Below, in pieces: positions 1 to 11,430 of a DNA stretch of 64,000 nucleotides. This stretch comes from Azolla caroliniana (lineage: Eukaryota > Plantae > Polypodiophyta). A program made the position numbers and the translations under genes. Location of the stretch: contig JBHGNT010000004.1 in the NCBI GenBank assembly GCA_043228905.1, positions 6,634,001 to 6,698,000 of the forward strand. Reading direction: 5' to 3'. Each line of letters begins with the position of its first letter. Within the stretch, counting starts at the first letter, position 1. The notes beneath the pieces are model-generated. The model saw nothing but the letters and a program-made list of their open reading frames with translations. It was not told where the DNA came from and did not search any database.

Positions 1-2
1 AG

Positions 3-1688
3 TTGGCCGAGACATCCGAAATAGAGCCAACAACGAGTGGAAGAAGATACCCACTCAGAGAAAGGAAGGCACCGATTACATATGCTAGTCAATACATCCT
101 CTTGACTGATGATGGTGAACCAGAGTGCTATGAAGAAACCATTGCTGACGAGAGCAGAGAAAAATGGCTGAACGCGATGCAAGAGGAGATGGAATCCTTG
201 CACGTGAATTACACCTACGACCTAGTAGAGCTGCCGAAAGGTAAGAGAGCACTCAGGAATAAATGGGTCTACAAGGTGAAGACTGGAGAAGTTGACAGCG
301 AGCCCAAGTATAAAGCCCGCATAGTGGTGAAGGGTTTCCAACAGAGGAAGGGTGTCGTCTTTGATGAGATATTCGCACCAGTCGGGAAGATGACATCGAT
401 TCGAATTGTTCTGAGCATAGCGGCCAACATGGATCTGGAGATCGAACAATTGGATGTGAAAACCGCATTTTTGCACGGGGAGCTAGAAGAAGAAATCTAC
501 ATGCACCAACTCGAAGGATTTGAGGAGAAAGGGAAAGAGAATCTGGTGTGTCGACTAAGGAAAAGCTTGTACGGTCTGAAACAAGCTCCACACCAATGGT
601 ACAAGAAGTTTCAGTCCTCCATGATGGAACATCGGTTCAAGAAAACACATGCCGATCATTGTGTGTTCATCAAAAGGTACGAAGAAGGTGATTTCTTGAT
701 TCTCTTGCTATATGTTGATGATATGTTGATAGTCGGCCAAGATGCAAGGAAGATTGGAAGCTTGAAGAAAGCTCTCGGCAAATCATTTGCCATGAAAGAC
801 CTTGGACTAGCAAAGCAAATCCTAGGAATGCACATAACCCGAGACAAAGCTCGAAAGGTGCTATGGTTGTCACAACAAAAGTATGTGACGAAGATCCTAG
901 AGAGGTTCAACATGTCGAACGCAAAGCCGGTCGGCTCAGTGCTGCCGACAAATTGTAGACTAAATGCGAAGCAGTGTCCGAAAGGGCAGAAGGAAAAGAC
1001 TGAGATGAAGAAGGTATCATATGCCTCAGTCGTCGGTAGTCTAATGTATGCTATGGTCTGTACGAGACCGGACATAGCATTTGTTGTGGGAGCAGTAAGC
1101 CGATATATGAGTAATCCAGGGAGAGAACACTAGGTAGCGGTGAAATGGATACTCAAGTACTTAAAGGGCACCTCAGGTGTGTGCCTAAGGTATGGTGTTC
1201 GAAAACCTGTGATATAAGCTTTTACTAATTCAGACATGTCTGGAGATACCGACTCGAGCCGATCCACGTCAGGGTATGTGATGACCTATGCAGGGGGAGC
1301 AATGTCGTGGCAGTCACGACTACAGAAGTCTGTAGCCTTGTCGACTACAAAGGCAAAGTATATGGCAGCGGTAGAAGCCGGAAAAGAGCTGATCTGGATG
1401 AGACATTTTCTCACCGAACTCGGCATGAAGCAAAAGGAGTTCTTGCTTCATTGTGATAGCCAAAGTGCCATAGATCTAGCCAAGAACGTGGCATACCACT
1501 CCCAAACCAAGCACATACAAAGAAGGTATCATTGGTTGCGGGAGAGAGTCGAAGATGGAGATTTTTCTCTTGTGAAGATCCATACTGACGACAATGGATC
1601 TGACATGCTGACGAAGAACCTACCTATGGACACACTCAAAATTTGTCGACAAAATACAGGATTGACAAATTTTCTCCCACAGGAGTGA
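3..1688 (+). pseudogene. pol: copia pol (reverse transcriptase + RNase H) with in-frame stops
   Basis: Stops at 1131 and ~1215 break an otherwise continuous copia RT-RH frame. Confidence 0.9.
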
Positions 1689-1698
1689 AGGGGGAGTT

Positions 1699-2251
1699 TG
1701 TTGGGAAATATGTCCCTCTAGTGTGAGGAAGATCCAACCGTCCGGAAAGCCGACAGTCGAGGAGCCGAGTTGATGAGGGACTCGGCCCAAGCTGAAAGGC
1801 CTCGGCCGAAACCGGAATCGTGTAAATAGCCAACTCGGGAGACTATATTTGTAAATAGTCTAAGTGTGCGCCCCATGAGGGCTACGTATGTAAATAGCTA
1901 GAAAAGTTGTGTAGGTATATACGCAACTAGGGCAAACTTTATGAGTGTAGAAAGGTGTATATATAGAAGTTGTAGTGTATAACAGAGAGAGAGAAGCGTG
2001 AGCTGCGCCATAGCTATGTGAGTAACAGTAGACGCGAAGAGCCCTATGCAGCTGATACACTCAACAGAGTGTTGTATTCCTCTCGGTATTGTATATCCAC
2101 TATCCATAGTGAAGAATCTGTTCACCCGTGGTTTTCCATGTTTTAGGGTTTCCACGTAAATCTCTGTGTACATCTGTTTATCTTGTCTTTCTGGTGTATT
2201 CTTGTGATTCGTATTTCAGCGGGTAGTTCGTTTATTGTGATCTATTCCACA
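1699..2251 (+). repeat. copia 3' LTR
   Basis: Starts TGTTGGG directly after the PPT; TATA-like TATATATAG near 1957; ends CA where Ty3 integrase-region coding resumes. The end could instead be CCACA at 2275. Confidence 0.7.
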
Positions 2252-3710
2252 TCGATATTTTCAATACTTACCACAAGCATTAGCGGGGAAGGAGGAATGT
2301 AATTTCTAGAACAGGAGTATGAAGAAGAATTCAAGGAAATAGTGAAATATCTGCAAATCCCTGACAAGTATAAAGGTTGATCTGGAAAAGAATTCGCACA
2401 GTTTTGCAAGAAAGCCCATAAGTTCTTCCTGCATGAAGGATATATGTGGCGACATCCAAAAACCAAGGCAAGAAGCCTACAAAGAGTAATAGGTTTTGAA
2501 GGGCAAAGAAAGGACATAATGAGAGAGTTGCATGACAAAGAATGGGTTGGTCATCGAGGAGTGTGGGCTAGTTTCAATAAAATTAAAGAACGGTTTTGGT
2601 GGCCTCGATACTATGAGGAAATAAAAAAGTATGTGGAAACTTGTCCCACTTGTCAATATTATTCAAATGTAAAATTTTGTGATGAGTTACACCCAACATA
2701 CTCACCGGGGGTGCCTTATAAGTGGATGATAGATTTGGTAACAATGCCACTTGGAGTAGGACAAAAGAGATACTTGGTTCTTGCAAGAGAAGATCTAACA
2801 AATCAAGTGGAAGGACATGCATTGCGAACAAAAGGGACATTAGGAGTATGTCAATTCATCTTGGAGAACATTGCTTGTAGATATGGATGTATCAGGAAGA
2901 TAGTGGCAGATAGGGGAGAGCTCAATTCTGCAGAAGCTCAAGATTTTTTCGATAAAATTGGGATTCAACTTTCTTTGACAATGAAAAGATAGAAAGATGG
3001 AAAGGGGACATGGGCCAATAGTAAAAGATAATGGAAGCTAATGGAAAGATAGAAAGCTCAAGAAGCTAATGGAAAGATAGAAAGGGGACATGGACCAATA
3101 GTCAAAGCTTTAGCAAAGGCATGTCAAGGACGGGTCAGTGATTGGCCAAAAGTATTACCCTATGCATTGTGGGCTGATAGACAACTCACAACATTGTTAC
3201 CGGATATATGCCTGCAGAATTAATTGCAGAACAAAAGTTGATAATGCCAATTGAAGAAAAGATAACTACATGGCTTGTGTTGCCTTGGGAATCCTAAATG
3301 AGTAGGGAAGATTTACTTGCTATTCGGATACGATAACTTCAATCCAAGATAGAAGACATAGAAAAATCAACTACTAGATTGACAGAGGCAAGAATCAAGA
3401 ATAAGGACATATTTGACAAGATAAATAGAATACGACCAAGGAAGGTGCAAGAGGGAGACTGGGTATTAGTATATGATAGTAGCCTAGATAATCAATACAG
3501 TACTATTCGGAAGTTCACAAAAAGATGGTTTGGACCTTATGAAGTTAGGAAAATAACAGATAAGGCCACATATTTCCTCAATGAATTAGATGGGATAGAA
3601 ATTCGTATCCCAATTGCAAGAAAAAGGATTAAAATATTTAAAAGGAGGGAGCCACTAGAGCCCTAATTTTATGAAGAAGTAGAAGAACTAAAAGAATTGG
3701 AATAAGTGTT
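2252..3710 (+). pseudogene. pol: Ty3/gypsy non-chromovirus integrase fragment, same lineage as the pol at 33684-36623
   Basis: HHCC zinc finger (HDKEWVGH...CPTC), core WMIDLV / IVADRGEL, C-terminal GDWVLVYDSSLDNQ...WFGPYEV shared with ORF 36213-36623; small internal duplication near 2990-3090. Confidence 0.85.
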
Positions 3711-3754
3711 GGATGAACTCTACACAACCAATGCGCAAGTTCAAAGGCAGTGGG

Positions 3755-4200
3755 TGTCGTGAAGAATGTGCTTCACGATATAACAATGAACTTAAATATT
3801 GTATTTAGTAGTATTCGAGAAACTTGAACCCACACCCTTATATATGAAGTACAATATACATACCACTAAGGTAGGCTATTTATTTTTAGAAGTATTGTAA
3901 AGAATACATACTTCATCATATAACAATGAAGCTAAATATTGTATTGAGTAAAATTGAGAGACTTAAACCCTCAACCTTGTATACCAAGCACAAGGTATAC
4001 ACCACTAAGCTAAAGGTTATTTATTTTAGAAAGTATAGTTCCATCATTGTACTTATCCTAATATATCTATTTTCATACATGAGAGCTCAAATGAGCATGA
4101 TGGCTATCATGCATCATATGTAATGCAAATGGGCCAAATGGCAATCATGCATCACATGAAAGTCATGCATTGCTTGCATGTCATTCTCACACACATTACT
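3755..4200 (+). repeat. truncated 3' LTR of the preceding Ty3 element, with two antisense tRNA-like A/B-box cassettes
   Basis: Starts TGTCGTGAAGAATGTGC after purine-rich AAAGGCAGTGGG; homologous to 18674-18870 plus 20170-20390. Confidence 0.7.
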
Positions 4201-4289
4201 TTGTCTTCTTATCCTCAATCTTTCTAACATCAACGCACAAGCCTTATAAAATATGTAGCCAACTTCCTTTAACTTAGTCCTTGCGACTT

Positions 4290-5067
4290 TGCCGCACGAA
4301 CCACAACTACTCCGACAACGGGTTCACCAATCGAGGCTACTATATTGACATTACAAGAACAAGCAATGGGGATTCAGAACTCCCCTAGAGAACCAAAGTT
4401 TAGCCTCCCTGCCATGTTTGATGGTACAAGATCTTTGTTTCGAGGCTTTTTGAATCAAGTACACTTGGTGATTTAGTTACATCCCAATCGGTACCCAACT
4501 GAAGCTGCTCATGTGGGGTTAGTCGGCACCTTGTTAAATGGTACAACGTTAGCATGGTTTGCACCACTTCTCGAGAAGAAATCACTGTTCTTGGAGGATT
4601 TTGAGGCGTTTGTTAAGTAGTTTCAAACTAGTTTTGGAGGCACTAATAGCACTAGGATGACAATAACCAAGATTCGAAGACTTCGACAAGGAGATCATCC
4701 CGCTTCAACTTACGCAACAGATTTCCATCTCTTGGCATGTGATATCCCTTGGGATGAGGCAACATTAATGGATCAATTCCAACAGGGTTTGCAGAACGAT
4801 GTCAAATATCTTCTTCTTACTTTCCACGAATATCCGAAGTCTCTTACAGAGGCAATTAGCTGAGCTGTGCAATGTGATAATTGCCTATTTGAGCGACGTG
4901 CGAAGCGCCAAGATATGTTACGCCGCCAACCGGAACAAACATTTGCATCAGTATCCGCAACGTCTCCACAAGTTCCCAGACCCATTTCGAGGAACAGCCC
5001 AACTCCGATGGAAATAGAGTCAACACAATGTCGAAGGCCATTGTTAGATGTTGAGAAACAACGACGT
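4290..5067 (+). pseudogene. gag: old Tcn1-like chromovirus 'X', gag 5' part (host of later insertions)
   Basis: Degenerate homologue of the gags at 5494 and 43482 (KIRRLRQGDHPASTYATDF, IPWDEATLMDQF, PTPMEIE); frame resumes at 10712 after the GACGT TSD. Confidence 0.85.
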
Positions 5068-5491
5068 TGTCATGATATGGCAAGACTCGAACCCATGACC
5101 TTATGCTACATGGGTCGAGCTCTTACCATTAGACTATGAATTGTAATACGTAGGATATTATTTTCATTTATGCTTTATCATAGAAAATTGATGTATATTC
5201 CAGATCTCTCTGGAACATTCTAGAAGCTTTAGGATTATTCCTGAGAACACTATAAAAGAGGGCACTAGGCATTATGTTGAACCAAATTGGTTCAACACCA
5301 GTCTTAAGACTCTTAGCCGATTTGTACTTATCTTTCATATAATATAAGAGCTATTGTCATCATCTTATATCTCTCTCTCCTCTTCTCACTTCCTCTCTCT
5401 CGGGAATATTACGCAGTCCCGTCCTCTTAGTACTAATAGTACTACTCTTCTTAGTACTAATTCCATCTTTGTTTTAGTACTATTCCTGACA
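5068..5491 (+). repeat. 5' LTR of chromovirus element 1
   Basis: Direct repeat of 10288-10711; TATAAAA at 5251. Confidence 0.97.
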
Positions 5492-5565
5492 ATTTGAACC
5501 AATTTTCCTCTTTCCTCCAGCCTACTTGTCGTTCTCCCTCATCCTCCTACCCTTTTCCCTCTACT

Positions 5566-6723
5566 ATGGCTACTGTTAGCGCCCAAGAATATCAATCCGT
5601 TTTCTCTGAGTTACAGTTCCTAAAAGAAAAGTTTGTTGCCCTGGAACAAGAAAACCAACGGCTGATAGGGGATTTGCAACAAATCGCTCTAGAAAAGCAA
5701 CAAACGCAGCAACAACATGGGGAGTTAGCGTTACGGGTGCAACAACTCGAAGTTGCATTGCAACAACAAGGATCAAGTCCCCAAGGATTTCATAAAGAGC
5801 TGAAGATTGGACTTCCTGTAAAATTTGATGGAACGCGATTGCAATTCAGGGGATTCCTTAATCAGGTACGATTAGTCCTCCAAATGCATCCTTCCCGATA
5901 CCCCACTGATGCATCCCGAGTCGGCTTAATAGGCACGTTGCTTAGCGGCTCAGCCTTAGCATGGTTCGCTCCGCTTCTAGAAAAACAATCGCCCTTGCTG
6001 AATAACTTTGAAGATTTTATTAGTGAGTTCAAAGCCTGCTTTGGAGACACCGACAACATCAGGACGATGATCAACAAGATCCGGCGATTGCGTCAAGGCG
6101 ATCGTCCAGCCTCTGCCTACGCGGTGGATTTCCGCCTACTCGCTTCCGACATACCCTGGGATGATCAAGCACTAATGGAGCAGTTTCGCTATGGCCTGTG
6201 AAATGATGTCAAAGATCTACTTCTAACCTTCCCCGAAGAACCAAAGTCTCTTACGGAGGCCATCAGTCGAGCGGTCCGATGTGACAACCGCCTCTTCGAA
6301 CGGCGTTCAGAACGTCAATTACAGATACCATGCGCTAGGCCGGAGCCCACTTACGCCGCAGTCGCGGCTAGACCGTTTGCACGAGACATACCTCAAGCAA
6401 ATACTTCGACACCGATGGAGATCGATACCATGCGTCGACGCGGCCCGTTATCGGAAGAAGAAAAGCAACGACAACGTGCAAATCGATTATGTCTTTATTG
6501 CGGTGGACCAGGGCATATCACAATCAATTGTCCCCATAGGCCAAGAAGACAGGTAAATGAAATTGTAGCCTGTACTAAACCCGAGTCAATTCTTCCCTTA
6601 GGAGTGTCTGATAGTATTAATAGTACTAATAGAGTGTTTGATAGTATTCATAGTACTAATAGCCCAAGTATCTCAAATAAATTTGAAATCCTTAGTCAAT
6701 TAGATGAAGAGTTAAACGATTGA
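5566..6723 (+). pseudogene. gag: Gag (coiled-coil N-terminus, capsid, CCHC knuckle) with one premature stop
   Basis: MATVSAQEY start; KFDGTRLQFRGFL, LRQGDRPASAYA, PMEID, CLYCGGPGHITINC; premature TGA at 6199. Confidence 0.9.
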
Positions 6724-9700
6724 GTCCAGCCAAAATAGGAGCCGTTTGGTTGGACAACAGCCCTAGATCTGTACAACCCATTAGTGGTTCCATTCCTTCC
6801 AAGCAAGTTAGCAATGTGTTCCTAGCCCAAGTCATTGTTAGTACTAAAAGTACTCCCCCAGTACCCGTCCTAGCACTTTTAGATTCCGGAGCTAATTCCC
6901 GTTTCATGGATCGAAATTTTGCCCAAGCTTCTCAGATATCCTTAAGAAAACTTCCTTGTCCCGCATCTGTAGTAGTCATTGATGGTCGTCCCATTGCTTC
7001 CGGGAATATTGTAGAAGAATCAGAACCCATTCAAGTTGTCCTAGGTAGTTTTGTGTGTGTAATATCATTTAATATAATTAGTAGTCTAGAGCATCCCATT
7101 GTCCTAGGATTACCTTGGTTTGAATTACATAATCCAGCCATAGATTGGAGAACAAGAGAAGTCCGATATCGACCACCCCAAGAATCAACTCACCAAGTTT
7201 CAACCATTTCACTCCATCAACTACGCGAAGAAGGACCCAAGGAGGCAATGTTCCTATTTGCAATATTAGTACATCCTTCCAGCACTATTAAGAAGGACTC
7301 CTCAGTACAACTTCCAGCAAAATATCATCCTTATGCCGATGTATTTGACAAGGTAAAAGCCGGTACCCTTCCTCATCACCGTCCCTATGACTGTCCCATC
7401 GATTTACAACCAGGAACCGAGCCAGCATGGGGACCAATTTACAACTTGTCACCCACCGAGTTAGAAGTCCTTCGAGCCTACATAGAGGAGAACTTGGCAA
7501 GCGGGTTCATCCGCCATTCGAAATCTCCGGCCGGTGCACCCATCTTCTTTGTCAAGAAGAAAGATGGCTCACTTCGTCTTGTCGTTGATTACCGCGGATT
7601 GAATAAAGTCACCATCTAGAATAGGTATGCACTTCCTCTTATATCAAGTCTTTTAGAGCGAGTTAATGGTGCCAAGGTTTTTACTAAAATCGACCTACGA
7701 GGAGCGTATAACCTCGTGCGGATCCGACCGGGAGATGAGTGGAAGACCGCCTTTCGCACTCGGTATGGGCATTTCGAGTATACTGTTATGCCGTTTGGCC
7801 TAACCAATGCACCCGCAGTCTTCCAACACATGGCAAATGATATATTCAGAGACCTCTTGGATATTTGTTTGATCATTTATCTGGATGATCTATTGATTTA
7901 TTCGAAGACCCAGGAAGAGCACGATTCTCATGTACTATTAGTACTAAAGCGACTCCGCGAGAATGGTCTTTATGCCAAGCTAGAAAAATGTAGCTTTGAC
8001 TGCAAGCAAGTGGAATTTCTAGGCTACGTCATCTCCTCAAAGGGCATCGCCATGGATCCAACTAAAATCCAAACTGTACTAGAGTGGCAAATTCCACGGT
8101 TGGTACGAGATGTACAATGTTTTCTAGGTTTTGCTAACTTCTACCCTAAGTTTATACAGGATTACTCGAAGATTATTTTACCTCTCACACAACTTACGAA
8201 GAAGGGCCAAGCATTTCTTTGGTCCATAGAAGCAGATATGGCTTTTCGGCATCTTAAGAAAGCCTTTACATCAGCACCGATTCTAGCTCATGTGGATACA
8301 AGAAAACCATTCATCATGGAGGCCGACGCATCAGATTTCGCCCTCGGTAGCATCCTTTCTCAACAAGGCGATAAAGAAGAGTTGCATCCGGTGGCTTTCC
8401 ATTCGCGCAAATTCGATGTCGCAGAAATCAACTACGAAATACATGACAAGGAGTTATTAGCCATCATGGATTCATTTGTACAATGGCGGCATTTCTTAGA
8501 GGGCTCTCCACATCAGGTCATTGTCTTTAGCGATCATAAAAATCTTGCTTATTTTCAGAACGCTCGCGTACTAAATCGACGGCAAGCTCGGTGGGCGCAA
8601 TTCCTCACGCGTTTCAACTTCAAAATCACATATCGACTGGGGAAGCAGCAAGGAAAAGCAGATGCACTATCACGACGTTCATATCTCGCACCTCGTCCTG
8701 GTGATGCAACATTTGATAATCAAAAGCAAGTAATCTTGGGACCAACACGATTGCACACGACGCGGATTTTTCACACCCCGATGGATTCACGGATTACCGA
8801 GGACATACGTGCAACCTTGAAGACGGATAGTTTTGCTCAAGACATCCTGGCGCACATTGATACTTCTCGGGCATCCTGTTCTCAGTCTCAACAACCAGGT
8901 ATTGACTACCGACAATTCGAATATCATGATGGTTTGTTATTCTTTAAAAAGCGCGTATATATCCCCGATTGCTCCTGTCGCCTTCAAATCGTCCAACATT
9001 GTCACGACACTCATACGGCGGGACATTTCGGTAGTACTAAGACGTTGGAGCTAGTGCAACGATATTTTTGGTGGCCCCACATGCGCCGTTTTGTCGACGA
9101 CTACGTTCGGACCTGTGATGCTTGCTGCCGAGCAAAGATGCCACGACACCATCCATATGGCTTGTTGGAACCCTTACCGATTCCAAGTAAGCCGTGGTAG
9201 TCTATTTGTCTTGATTTTATCACAGATCTGCCGGTCTCGAAGGGGTTCGATGCTATCCTAACCGTCGTCGATCGATATACGAAGATGGCACATTTTGTGC
9301 CATGTACTAAAGCCATCACTAGCGAGGAAACCGCCGCTCTTGTTATGCGTGAGGTATTTCGGCATCATGGCCTCCCAGACAATATTATCAGTGACCGAGG
9401 CCCGCAATTTGTCTCCAAATTTTGGCAGCATCTCTTCAAGATGCTCAAGGTCTCCTGCAACCTCTCCTTCGGCTACCATCCTCAGACCGACGGGCAGGCG
9501 GAACGAACAAACCAAACGCTCGAGCAATATCTCCGGTGTTTCCTGAGTTATCAACAGGACGATTGGGCCGAGATTCTCCACTTTGCGGAGTTTGCGTATA
9601 ATAATGCTATTCACTCCTCGACTCGGGTCTCCCCATTTTTCGCTTATACCAGTTTCCATCCTCGCTGGTCGGTGATCGACACTCCGGAGCTACCTACCAA

Positions 9701-10276
9701 CCCTCGTGCCGAGGATCATTTGGAGAGGCTACGCAAGATCCAGATGGATCTCTCTACTCACCTTCGTCATGCTCAACACACACAAAAGACTTATGCGGAT
9801 CGTCATCGGATTCCCTCCTCTTTTCCCATCGGAGATCGAGTATGGCTCTCACGTCGTCACATCAAGACTACTCGACCGTGCGACAAGTTGGATTATTGAC
9901 GACTCGGTCCCTTCCGTATTACGGGTAAGATTAATGATGTCACCTTCCGCAGCTTTAGATACATCCAGTTTTCCATTGTTCTCTTCTTGAACCTTATAAA
10001 GCCAACACCATTCCCGATCATGTGACACCACCGCCGCCCCCGCTGGAGTTGGACGCCGGCCCGGAGTATGAAGTTGCTGCCATCCTCGATTCCAAACTTG
10101 TTCGCAACAAACTTTATTACTTGGTCGATTGGCTCGGTTATAGTCCGAGCAAACATACTTGGGAACCCGTCGAGCATGTTGCCAATGCTCAGGAACTTCT
10201 TGCTGATTTCCAACAGAAGTATCCGGACAAACCCGGTCCGCAATCAGCGCCGACTCGTTCCACTCGTCGTCTTTAA
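6720..10276 (+). pseudogene. pol: Pol: protease, RT, RNase H, integrase, chromodomain; -1 frame relative to gag; several stops
   Basis: [83 protein letters not shown]...YYLVDWLGY...TWEP; stops at 7617, 9198 and 9897. Confidence 0.93.
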
Positions 10277-10287
10277 GGGGGAGATAG

Positions 10288-10711
10288 TGTCATGATATGG
10301 CAAGACTCGAACCCATGACCTTATGCTACATGGGTCGAGCTCTTACCATTAGACTATGAATTGTAATACGTAGAATATTATTTTCATTTATGCTTTATCA
10401 TAGAAAATTGATGTATATTCCAGATCTCTCTAGAACATTCTAGAAGCTTTAGGATTATTCCTGAGAACACTATAAAAGAGGGCACTAGGCATTATGTTGA
10501 ACCAAATTGGTTCAACACCAGTCTTAAGCCTCTTAGCCGATTTGTACTTATCTTTCATATAATATAAGAGCTATTGTCATCATCTTATCTCTCTCTCTCC
10601 TCTTCTCACTTCCTCTCTCTCGGGAATATTACGTAGTCCCGTCCTCTTATTACTAATAGTACTACTCTTCTTAGTACTAATTCCATCTTTGTTTTAGTAC
10701 TATTCCTGACA
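10288..10711 (+). repeat. 3' LTR of chromovirus element 1
   Basis: Direct repeat of 5068-5491 after the PPT. Confidence 0.97.
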
Positions 10712-11430
10712 GACGTCGAGCACACAACCTATGCCTATATTGTGGCAGTCAGGGACATATAGCCGTGAATTGTCCACATAAACCTAGACGTCAAGTATAC
10801 GAAGTAAGCGCACATGATAACCCTACTTCGAGCTCTATAATGATTACTTCTAATAACCTAAGTAAACCTAATAGTCCATGCCATGAGAATAGATTCGATG
10901 TCTTGGGCCAATTAGAGGATGTGGTAAATGAGTAACTCCGACCAAAATAGGAGTCATTTGGTTGGACCATTCTAGATATGTTGAGTGAGTTCCTAGTCGT
11001 GGTTCCATTTCATCAAATCAAGTTAGTAGAGTTTTTTCTGCACAAGTTGAGCTTAGCACATCTACATGTCATCGAGTCCTAGCCTCTGCCGTCCTAGATT
11101 CTGGAACCAACTCTTGTTTCATGGATCGTGAGTTTGCATAGACACAAAACATCCTCTTGAATAAGATCCCGAACCCAGTAGTCGTAGGAGTCATTGATGA
11201 TTGCCCTATAGCATCAGGTGATATAGTTGAAGACTCCGAACCAATTCGTGTAGTTCTTGGTGATTTGGCAAGCATAATCTCTTTCAACATTACTCGTAGT
11301 CCAGAACACCCATTAGTTCTAGGTCTCCCTCTGTTTGAACTACATAACCCGAAGATTGATTGGATGAAAAGAACAATTGAGGAGTCCCAGAACAAAAGCA
11401 CAAAACTCTCATGCCTCAAATATCCCAAGG
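10712..11430 (+). pseudogene. pol: chromovirus X continued: gag zinc knuckle and protease
   Basis: RRAHNLCLYCGSQGHIAVNC directly after the TSD; LDSGTNSCFMD; PEHPLVLGLPLFELHNPKIDW. Confidence 0.85.

Larger units (their letters stand above)
1..2251 (+). mobile_element. Ty1/copia LTR retrotransposon, 3' part (RT-RNase H, PPT, 3' LTR), cut by the window edge
   Basis: ORFs 3-1133 and 1236-1688 carry copia RT/RH motifs (YKARIVVKGF, QLDVKTAFLHG, LYGLKQ, LLYVDDML, SWQSRLQKSVALST, TKHIQRRYHWLRE). PPT GAAGGGGGAG then TG at 1699; probable LTR end TTCCACA at 2251. Confidence 0.9.
5068..10711 (+). mobile_element. full-length Ty3/gypsy chromovirus (Tcn1-like) element 1
   Basis: 424-bp LTRs 5068-5491 and 10288-10711 (TG...CA, about 6 differences); TSD GACGT at 5063-5067 and 10712-10716; PPT AAGGGGGAGATAG; gag-PR-RT-RH-INT-chromodomain order. 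Confidence 0.97.

Noticed and set aside
5078-5140. Calling the A/B-box cassettes real tRNA genes
   Set aside because: Acceptor and anticodon stems do not form and no terminator follows; reported as tRNA-like promoter cassettes only.
5566-10276. Domesticated PEG10/RTL1-like host gene
   Set aside because: Flanked by near-identical LTRs and a TSD and carries premature stops, so it is a retrotransposon copy.
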